From positions 44,117-108,116 of the forward strand of contig CAVURU010000005.1 in NCBI GenBank assembly GCA_963744005.1: 64,000 nt of DNA, read 5' to 3'. Positions 57,651 through 64,000 of the stretch are shown one piece after another; position 1 is the first letter of the stretch, and each line of letters begins with the position of its first letter. Source of the stretch: an uncultured Actinomycetes bacterium. GTDB lineage: Bacteria > Actinomycetota > Actinomycetes > Streptosporangiales > Streptosporangiaceae. Both the position numbers and the translations under genes were made by a program. The notes beneath the pieces were generated by a model, which made no database searches, was not told the DNA's origin, and worked only from the letters and a program-made list of their open reading frames with translations.

Positions 57651-59480
57651 TTGAGGGTAATGCCTGTGGCCGCGTCGCGTGCTCCATCCGCGCGGCGAGC
57701 CTGGTCCGTCCGCTCGAAAGTGCCCACCCGGGCCGGTGCCCGGGCGATGGCCGCGCGCGTCTGGGCCCATCACCGGCTGTTCCTCATCGTCATGATCCCG
57801 GCCGTGCTGCTGCGCGCCGACGCGGAGCTCGGCTACCGCTGGCAGGCATGGTTCAACGACTCGTTCGAATACGTGTCGAACACGGTCAGCTTCAGCCTGG
57901 ACCCCACCCGGGTCTCCGGATACGAAATCTGGCTCAAGATCCTGCAGCCGCTGCACAGCTACGCCGTGATAACGATTCTGCAACACCTGATGGGCCTGGC
58001 CATCGGAGTGATGATCTACGCCCTGGCCAGGCACCGGTTCGGCGCCCCGGCCTGGCTGGCCACGCTGGCCGCCGTCCCGGTGCTGTACGACGGGTTCGAG
58101 ATCGAGCTCGAGCACCTGATCCTGTCCGACACCCCGTTCCTGTTCCTGGTCACCCTGGCCGTCACGCTGCTGCTGTGGAAGCCGTCCGGGCCGTCGACCC
58201 GGATGTGCCTGCTGATCGGCGGCCTGCTCGGCCTGTCGGTCATCTTGCGCTCGGTCGGCGAGCCGCTGGTCGCCGTGTTCGTGATCTACATGATCATCAG
58301 GCGGTTCAACTGGCGGAAGATCCTGGCCGTGATCGCGGTGTGCGCGGTGCCCATCGTGGGCTACGCCGGGCTGTACGACCTGGAGCACGGCGAGTTCGCC
58401 ATGGGCGACGCCACCGGCGTGTTCCTGTACTCGCGGGTGATGACGTTCGCCGACTGCAACGTCATCCACCCGCCCGCCAACGAGCTGTGGCTGTGCACCA
58501 CGGTGCCGCCGGACAAGCGGCCGATCGCCCAGTCCTACATCTGGACCTCCCAGACGCCGCTGGACCGGCTGCCCCCGACGAAGTTCGAGCCGCTGCCGAA
58601 CAAGCTGGCCGAGAACTTCGCCATCCGGGCCATCAAGGCCCAGCCGGTGCCCTACGTCAAGGCCGTCGCCTCGGACACCCTGAAGGTGTTCGCCTGGAAC
58701 CGCGAGGTCTTCCCGAACGCGCAGACCTACAACGAGTACCTGTTCCTGCCCACGCCGACGCCGATCCCGTCCTGGGACAAGGCGAAGATCGGGCCGTATG
58801 ACTCGTTCGCCGCGGCCTACCTGCACGGCAACCCGCTGACCCAGGTGGTCAACCCGTACGCCGCCATCATCCGGTACTACCAGATGTACGTCTGGCTGCC
58901 CGGGACCGTGTACGGGCTCATCCTGCTCCTCGGGCTGGGCGGCCTGGTGCTGGCCTGGCGGCGGCTGGGCGGCGAGGCCCTGCTGCCCTGGCTCATCTCG
59001 CTGGCCATGATCGTGGTCCCGGCCGCCACGGCGGAGTTCGACTACCGGTACGTGCTGCCCGCCGTGCCGTTCGCCTGCCTGGCCGTGGCCATCGCGTTCA
59101 GCTCGGAAGCGCCCGGCGGCGCCTGGATGCGGCGCCGGATGGGCGCGTTCCGGCGGGCCGGCGGCGGGGCCTCAGCCGGCGGTGCCGGGTCGGTCGCCAG
59201 CCCGGTCACCGAGGTCCCCGTCGCCGACGGCTCCGTCACCGGAGGCTCCGTCACTGGCGGCACCGTCACCGGAGGCTCCGTCACTGGCGGCTCCGTCACT
59301 GGCGGCTCCGTCAATGGCGGCGCCGGTGACCCGGTCGGCCAGGGCAGCGCGGGCGGCCCGGGCGGCCCGGCCGTGGAGCGGGCGGTCCGGAACGGCAGCC
59401 CGGTCCGCCCGAGCGGATCCGGGCCCGCGGCGGCCGGTTCCGGCGACGACCAGCGTGATCTCGCCACGGACGGCGCCTGA
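57651..59480 (+). CDS. Polytopic membrane protein, GT-C fold glycosyltransferase candidate (PMT_2/ArnT-like)
   Basis: TTG 57651 lies 7 nt after a perfect AGGAGG. About 10 or more TM helices. First loop motif WFNDSFEY. Gly/Ser/Val-rich C-terminal tail with a (GSVTG)x6 repeat. The last 309 nt overlap the convergent rsmI ORF. Confidence 0.55.
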   Translation: MRVMPVAASRAPSARRAWSVRSKVPTRAGARAMAARVWAHHRLFLIVMIPAVLLRADAELGYRWQAWFNDSFEYVSNTVSFSLDPTRVSGYEIWLKILQPLHSYAVITILQHLMGLAIGVMIYALARHRFGAPAWLATLAAVPVLYDGFEIELEHLILSDTPFLFLVTLAVTLLLWKPSGPSTRMCLLIGGLLGLSVILRSVGEPLVAVFVIYMIIRRFNWRKILAVIAVCAVPIVGYAGLYDLEHGEFAMGDATGVFLYSRVMTFADCNVIHPPANELWLCTTVPPDKRPIAQSYIWTSQTPLDRLPPTKFEPLPNKLAENFAIRAIKAQPVPYVKAVASDTLKVFAWNREVFPNAQTYNEYLFLPTPTPIPSWDKAKIGPYDSFAAAYLHGNPLTQVVNPYAAIIRYYQMYVWLPGTVYGLILLLGLGGLVLAWRRLGGEALLPWLISLAMIVVPAATAEFDYRYVLPAVPFACLAVAIAFSSEAPGGAWMRRRMGAFRRAGGGASAGGAGSVASPVTEVPVADGSVTGGSVTGGTVTGGSVTGGSVTGGSVNGGAGDPVGQGSAGGPGGPAVERAVRNGSPVRPSGSGPAAAGSGDDQRDLATDGA

Positions 59481-60146
59481 GCCTTCGCCCGCCCAGCCGG
59501 CCAGCTCAGCCAGGGTGCCGCGGCGGATCTCCTCGTGGGTCTTGGTCAGCTCGCGGCACACGACGGCCTGCCTGTCCCCGCCGTGCGAGCCGGCCAGCTC
59601 GGCCAGCGTCACGGCCAGCCGGCGGCCGGACTCGAAGTAGACCTGGGTCCGGCGGTCGTCGGCCAGCTCGGCGAACCGGCGCTGCCGCTCACCGGGGCGC
59701 CGGGGCGGGAATCCCTCGAAGCAGAACCGGTCGGTGGGCAGACCGGAGACGGCCAGCGCGGTCGTCACCGCGGACGGCCCGGGCAGCGCCGTCACCCGCA
59801 GACCGGCTGCGGCGGCCGCGGCGACCAGCCGGTAGCCCGGGTCGCTGATCCCGGGCATGCCCGCATCGGTGACGAGCAGGACGTCCTGGCCGCCCTGCAG
59901 GGCCTCGACGAGCTCACCGGCCCGGCGGGTCTCCACCGCGTCGTAGTAGGAGATGACCCGGGCCGTCAGGGTGATGCCCAGGCTGGCGGCGAGCCAGCGG
60001 ACGCGGCGGGTGTCCTCGGCCGCGATGACGGCCGCCCCGGCCAGCTCCTCGGCCAGCCGGGCGGAGGCGTCCTCGGCCCGGCCGATGGGCACCGCCGCCA
60101 GCGTCAGCACGCCCGTCCGGTCGCGCTGTTCGTCACGTTGAGCCAT
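59172..60146 (-). CDS. rsmI: 16S rRNA (cytidine1402-2'-O)-methyltransferase
   Basis: Starts at ATG 60146 (MAQRDEQ..). Tetrapyrrole-methylase-like RsmI pattern (AAEDTRR.., LVTDAGMPGISDPG, CRELTKTHEE, GEITLVVAG). The tail runs through the 15-nt repeat to the first stop at 59172. Confidence 0.85.
   Translation of the reverse strand: MAQRDEQRDRTGVLTLAAVPIGRAEDASARLAEELAGAAVIAAEDTRRVRWLAASLGITLTARVISYYDAVETRRAGELVEALQGGQDVLLVTDAGMPGISDPGYRLVAAAAAAGLRVTALPGPSAVTTALAVSGLPTDRFCFEGFPPRRPGERQRRFAELADDRRTQVYFESGRRLAVTLAELAGSHGGDRQAVVCRELTKTHEEIRRGTLAELAGWAGEGSGAVRGEITLVVAGTGRRGPGSARADRAAVPDRPLHGRAARAARAALADRVTGAAIDGAASDGAASDGASGDGAASDGASGDGAVGDGDLGDRAGDRPGTAG
59229..59318. repeat. 15-nt tandem repeat x6 (GGCTCCGTCAC[C/T]GG[A/C])
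   Basis: Six near-identical units. They read GSVTG on the plus strand, and (A/G)ASDG or PVTEP in the two open minus-strand frames. Confidence 0.85.
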
Positions 60147-60198
60147 GACCGTATCTTCCCGCTCACGCGGCGGCCCGCCACCGCGCGGGGGCAGTAGC

Positions 60199-61845
60199 AT
60201 GTGCCCGATGATGGGTACCGAGGCCGGGCTGGCCGCTCCAGCAGGCGACGAGGCCAGCCGGCTCTCGGCGCTGCGGGCGCGGCTGTCGGCGCCGATGCCC
60301 AGCGACCGGCTGTGGGGCTGGCTCGGGCCGCTGCTCGTCACCGCGTTCGGCGGGTGGCTGCGCTTCGACCGGCTGGCCATCCCGCGGGCCGTGGTCTTCG
60401 ACGAGACCTACTACGCCAAGGACGCCTGGAGCATCCTGCAGCACGGCGTCGAGTGGAACTACGTCACCAGCGCCAGCAATCCGAACCTGGCCAACGACCT
60501 GATGCTGCAGGGCCACACCAACCTGTTCGCGGCGTGCAGCGGCACCGGCTGCGGCGAGTACGTGGTCCAGCCCGAGGTGGGCAAGGAGCTCATCGCCGTC
60601 GGCGAGTGGCTGTTCGGGCTCAACTCCTTCGGCTGGCGGTTCTCCAGTGCCGTGGTCGGCACGCTGGCCATCCTGCTGATGTGCCGCATCGTCCGGCGGC
60701 TGACCCGGTCCACGCTGCTGGGCTGCATCGCCGGGCTGCTGATGTCGCTGGACGCGCTGGAGTTCGTGCTGTCCCGGACGGGGATCCTGGACATCTTCCT
60801 GATGTTCTTCATCCTGGCCGCGTTCGGGTGCCTGCTGGTCGACCGGGACAAGTCCCGGGACGCCCTGGCCGAGGGCGTCGTGCGGCAGGCCGGCGGGCCC
60901 TCCGGTCCCCGGCTGGGCCTGCGCAAATGGCAGCTGGCCTGCGGGATCCTGCTGGGCCTGGCCGTCGGGACCAAGTGGATCGCGGCCTGGTACATCATCG
61001 CCTTCGCCGCGCTCGTCATCACCTGGGAGATCGGCGCCCGCCGGGCCGCGGGCCTGCCGTCCTACATCCGGGGCGCGTTCCGCGAGGCGATCTGGCTGCC
61101 GCTCACGTTCGTCGTCATCCCGCTCATCGTCTACGTGGCCACCTGGAGCAACTGGCTGCTGACCAGCACCGGCTACTTCCGCGACTACGGGAAGACGCAC
61201 GGCGTGAGGGCCCCGGTCATCTCGGCGCTGTACTCGCTGTACGAATACCACCTGCAGGCCATCGGCTTCGGGCTGGGCCTGAGCACGCCGCACCCGTACC
61301 AGTCGCAGCCCTGGGACTGGCTGCTGATGACCCGGCCGGTCGCCTTCTTCTACCAGTCCTACAGCGGGCCGGTCGCCGGGGCCCCGTACGCGTGCCCGTC
61401 CAGCGGCTGCACCGGGCCGTCCTGGTCCCAAGAGGTGCTGGCCATGGGCACCCCGCTCATCTGGTGGAGCGCCATGCTGAGCCTGGTGTTCTGCCTGGGC
61501 TGGTGGCTGCTGCACCGGGACTGGCGGGCCGGCGCGGTGGTGCTGTGCGTGATCGCGGGCTGGGGACCGTGGTGGCCGCTGGTCACCCGGACCAAGTTCT
61601 ACTACTACGCGCTGGAATTCGAGCCGTTCCTCATCATGTCGATCGTGCTGTGCCTGGGGCTGATCCTCGGGCCGGCCGCGGCCAGCGTCCGGCGGCGCTC
61701 GCTCGGCGCCGGGATCGTGGGCGCCTACGTCCTGGCCACGCTCATCATGTTCTGGTACTTCTACCCGGTCATCGGGGCCAAGGTCATCCCGTACCAGGAC
61801 TGGCTCAGTCACATGTGGTACCGGATCGGTCACGGCTGGATCTGA
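60199..61845 (+). CDS. pmt: Protein O-mannosyltransferase (GT39, polyprenyl-phosphate-mannose dependent)
   Basis: Loop-1 motif VFDETYYAKDAW and later HPYQSQPWDWLLM, with a polytopic TM pattern. The ORF is open from ATG 60145, but that ATG shares CATG with the divergent rsmI start. ATG 60199 (or 60208/60211) is preferred. Confidence 0.85.
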   Translation: MCPMMGTEAGLAAPAGDEASRLSALRARLSAPMPSDRLWGWLGPLLVTAFGGWLRFDRLAIPRAVVFDETYYAKDAWSILQHGVEWNYVTSASNPNLANDLMLQGHTNLFAACSGTGCGEYVVQPEVGKELIAVGEWLFGLNSFGWRFSSAVVGTLAILLMCRIVRRLTRSTLLGCIAGLLMSLDALEFVLSRTGILDIFLMFFILAAFGCLLVDRDKSRDALAEGVVRQAGGPSGPRLGLRKWQLACGILLGLAVGTKWIAAWYIIAFAALVITWEIGARRAAGLPSYIRGAFREAIWLPLTFVVIPLIVYVATWSNWLLTSTGYFRDYGKTHGVRAPVISALYSLYEYHLQAIGFGLGLSTPHPYQSQPWDWLLMTRPVAFFYQSYSGPVAGAPYACPSSGCTGPSWSQEVLAMGTPLIWWSAMLSLVFCLGWWLLHRDWRAGAVVLCVIAGWGPWWPLVTRTKFYYYALEFEPFLIMSIVLCLGLILGPAAASVRRRSLGAGIVGAYVLATLIMFWYFYPVIGAKVIPYQDWLSHMWYRIGHGWI

Positions 61846-62022
61846 GGCTTACAGCGGGCTCTGAGCTTCCCTTCAGCCCGCCTCAGGGCACCGGTGCATA
61901 ATAGAGATCAACGGGGCGCACTAGTCAACGGGGGCCAGTGGCGTGATTTCCGTAACACGGGGTACGTTTTCAGCGCTCCAACGCGTCTATATAGGCACAG
62001 AGATGACAACCCGGAGCGAACC

Positions 62023-62598
62023 ATGAGCCGAGCCGAACACTCCAGTGAAGACCGCGAGCGCTTCGAGCGTGACGTCGTCCCCCAGCTTGGCCAGCTGTAC
62101 CCGGCGGCGCTCCGGATGACCCGGAACCCGACCGACGCCGAGGACCTGGTCCAGGAGACGTCAGCCAAAGCCTATGCGGCGTTCGGCCAGTTCACGCCCG
62201 GGACGAACCTGCGGGCCTGGCTGAACCGGATCCTGACCACCACGTTCATCAACGTGTACCGCAAGCGGCGGCGCGAGCCGCAGCAGGCGCTCGGCGGCGA
62301 CCTGGCCGAGTGGCAGATGTCGGCCGACCGGCTGACCCCGCCGGTCCCGTCGGCCGAGGCGGAGGCGCTGGACCGCACCACCGACTCCGACCTGCTCCGC
62401 GCCCTGCGGGACCTGCCCGGCGAGTTCCGGACGGCCGTCTACCTGGCTGACGTCGAGGGATACCCCTACCGCGAGATCGCCGAGATCATGGGCACCCCGG
62501 TCGGCACGGTCATGTCGCGGCTGCACCGCGGCCGCCGCAAGCTGCGCGAGCAGCTGCTGGCCAGCCGGCTGGGCAGCGCCTCGGCCGAAGGCGCCTGA
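62023..62598 (+). CDS. ECF-type sigma-70 family RNA polymerase sigma factor
   Basis: 191 aa from ATG 62023 (GGAG 6 nt upstream). Region 2 is [29 protein letters not shown]. Region 4 HTH is [26 protein letters not shown]. Confidence 0.85.
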   Translation: MSRAEHSSEDRERFERDVVPQLGQLYPAALRMTRNPTDAEDLVQETSAKAYAAFGQFTPGTNLRAWLNRILTTTFINVYRKRRREPQQALGGDLAEWQMSADRLTPPVPSAEAEALDRTTDSDLLRALRDLPGEFRTAVYLADVEGYPYREIAEIMGTPVGTVMSRLHRGRRKLREQLLASRLGSASAEGA

Positions 62599-62614
62599 TC
62601 ACCAGGGTCGTCCC

Positions 62615-62808
62615 CACGCGGTAGCCCGCCCGAGGTGATAGGACGCTCGGGCGCCCGCATGTCGGCCGACCGGGGCGATCCGGGCCAGCGGTTAACGACA
62701 TCGTTGTCACCACGACGCGCACCTGACGACGTGGTTGTCACTACGACGCGGTTGCCCGCCCGGGGCGATAGGCCGCCGGGCGCCAGCCGTCAGCCGACCG
62801 GGGCGGGC
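62615..62808. repeat. Imperfect direct repeat of about 63 nt (two copies, period about 131 nt) between the sigma factor gene and asnB
   Basis: Copy 1 is 62615-62677 and copy 2 is 62746-62808, roughly 80-85% identical. Each contains a dyad (CCCGAG..CTCGGG versus CCCGG..CCGGG). Copy 2 includes the asnB stop and last codons. GTTGTCAC[C/T]ACGACGCG occurs twice between the copies. Confidence 0.7.
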
Positions 62809-64000
62809 TCCCAGCCCAGGGCGACCGGGTCGTAGATGCGCTCGACGTAGATCTGGTGCCACAGGGAGAACACGACCAGCAGCCAGACCTGCCGCCAGGT
62901 GACGTCCGGGTCCCCGGCCCGGAAGCGGCGCAGCAGGTCGGCGGCGGCCGCCTTGTTCAGCCACTGGCCGGTCTGCGCGGTGCGGACGACCTGCTCGGCG
63001 AAGCCGAACATGCTGCCCGCCAGCCATGTCCCGAGCGGGACCGGGAAGCCGAGCTTGGCCCGCTCGGCGGCGGCCTGCGGCAGCAGCTCGCCGACCGCCT
63101 CCCGAAGCGCGAACTTGGTCGTGCCCGCCGCGGTCTTCTCCACCCGGGCCAGCCGGGCCGCCACGGCCAGCACCTCGCGGTCCAGGAACGGGGTGCGCAG
63201 CTCCAGGCCGTGCGCCATGGCCATCCGGTCCGCCTTGACCAGGATGTCGCCCGGCAGCCAGGTGTTGACGTCGATCAGCTGCATGGTGGCGACGTCGTCC
63301 AGGCCGGCCTCGGCGGCCTGCCGGTAGACCGGGTCGGTCACGTCGAACTCGCTGGCCTTGCCGCCGCGGACCAGCTGCCGGGCCTCTTCGGCGCGGAACA
63401 CGTAGGCGTTGCCGATGTACCGCCGCGGCAACGGGGTGGAGGTCCGGTTGAGCAGGCCCTTGCCCCGCTTGCCGGCCGGCAGCTCGGCCGCCACCCGGTT
63501 GATGGTGGCCCGGCCCCAGCCGGGCAGCGCCCGGCCCGCCCGCACCACCCCGGGCTGGTAGTAGACGCCGTAACCGCCGAACAGCTCGTCGGCGCCTTCG
63601 CCGGACAGCACCACCTTGACGTGCTTGCGGGCCTCGCGCGCCGCGAACCACAGCGGGACCGCCGCGGCGTCGGCCATCGGGTCATCCAGGTGCCAGATGA
63701 TCCGGGGCAGGGAGGCAACGAACTCATCGGCGGAGATGACGTACGGGACCGACGTCAGGCCGAGCGCGGTCGCGGTCGCCTCGGCGTGGTCGATCTCGCT
63801 GTAGCCTTCGGCGTCGAAGCCGACGGTGAAGGTCATCAGGCCCGGGACCGACTCGGCGGCCAGCGCGCACAGCGTGGCCGAGTCCACCCCGCCGGACAGG
63901 AAGGCGCCGACCGGCACGTCGCTGCGCAGGTGAACCGCGACCGAGTCGCGCAGCGCGGCCAGGATCTTCTCCGGCGAGGCCGAGGACGGTGACCGGGCAG
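62790..64000 (-). CDS. asnB: Asparagine synthase (glutamine-hydrolysing), C-terminal synthetase part; 5' end beyond the window
   Basis: PP-loop HLRSDVPVGAFLSGGVDS. The frame stays open to nt 64000, so the listed Met at 63917 is an internal GTG. Confidence 0.85.
   Translation of the reverse strand, partial: ARSPSSASPEKILAALRDSVAVHLRSDVPVGAFLSGGVDSATLCALAAESVPGLMTFTVGFDAEGYSEIDHAEATATALGLTSVPYVISADEFVASLPRIIWHLDDPMADAAAVPLWFAAREARKHVKVVLSGEGADELFGGYGVYYQPGVVRAGRALPGWGRATINRVAAELPAGKRGKGLLNRTSTPLPRRYIGNAYVFRAEEARQLVRGGKASEFDVTDPVYRQAAEAGLDDVATMQLIDVNTWLPGDILVKADRMAMAHGLELRTPFLDREVLAVAARLARVEKTAAGTTKFALREAVGELLPQAAAERAKLGFPVPLGTWLAGSMFGFAEQVVRTAQTGQWLNKAAAADLLRRFRAGDPDVTWRQVWLLVVFSLWHQIYVERIYDPVALGWEPAPVG

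Noticed and set aside
59229-59318. 15-nt tandem repeats (here and at 53493-53560) considered as a possible CRISPR array
   Set aside because: The units are contiguous with no spacers, are only 15 nt long, and no cas genes are present. They are microsatellite-like tandem repeats.
60145-60198. ATG 60145 as the pmt start
   Set aside because: It would share the tetranucleotide CATG with the divergent rsmI start, leaving no promoter or RBS space. The first 18 codons are Arg/Gly/Pro/Ser-rich. ATG 60199 has a G-rich RBS-like sequence and still precedes the first TM helix by a normal distance. The longer form cannot be excluded.
62635-62835. A 66-aa ORF downstream of the ECF sigma gene considered as its anti-sigma factor
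   Set aside because: It is Arg/Pro/Gly-rich with no zinc-binding HxxxCxxC motif and no TM helix. It is built from the direct-repeat DNA and overlaps the asnB 3' end.

Overview
This is a very GC-rich (by eye above 70%), densely coding chromosomal segment with the character of an Actinomycetota core genome. I found no rRNA, CRISPR array, transposase, integrase, phage gene or recognisable defence/toxin module, and I cannot point to a clear novel multi-gene system.

Gene content:
- The centre is a complete 14-gene NADH:quinone oxidoreductase operon, nuoA-N, on the minus strand (14999-30891). Most gene junctions are 4-nt ATGA/GTGA overlaps.
- The nuo operon is bracketed on the same strand by menaquinone genes: menG/ubiE and a MenJ-like geranylgeranyl reductase upstream, and a polyprenyl diphosphate synthase downstream.
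- The left part holds small accessory-type genes: a CoA-binding protein, an MBL hydrolase, a FUSC-like exporter, tRNA-Tyr, yajQ, a DinB protein, an esterase, a MarR regulator, an FtsX-type permease and a tandem DUF427 protein. It also holds korAB (2-oxoglutarate:ferredoxin oxidoreductase) plus a cupin.
- The right part is syntenic with the mycobacterial/streptomycete housekeeping block: rplY-pth (here followed by cysQ-cysD-cysN), prs-glmU, tRNA-Gln, ispE-rsmA-tatD-metG, and rsmI/pmt. Lineage-specific inserts include a hyper-acidic 98-aa ORF, a desaturase-TetR pair, a cysteine dioxygenase-rhodanese pair, a tam-MarR pair, an ABC-F ATPase, and a GT2 plus GT-C glycosyltransferase pair. It ends with an ECF sigma factor and a partial asnB.

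Observations most worth a second look:
1. Four apparent single-nt indels break otherwise intact ORFs (FtsX permease, geranylgeranyl reductase, cysD, a small NTF2-like remnant). In addition, a G9 run in tRNA-Gln is one nt too long for a cloverleaf. Together these suggest sequencing/assembly indels or recent gene decay.
2. glmU lacks roughly the last 80-100 codons.
3. Two genes (pth and the cupin) have conserved N-termini reachable only from a CTG that overlaps the upstream stop as CTGA.
4. The rsmA leader has an unusual structure: twin palindromes plus 15-nt repeats.
5. rsmI and a GT-C gene converge with a 309-nt overlap laid over a 15-nt x6 repeat.
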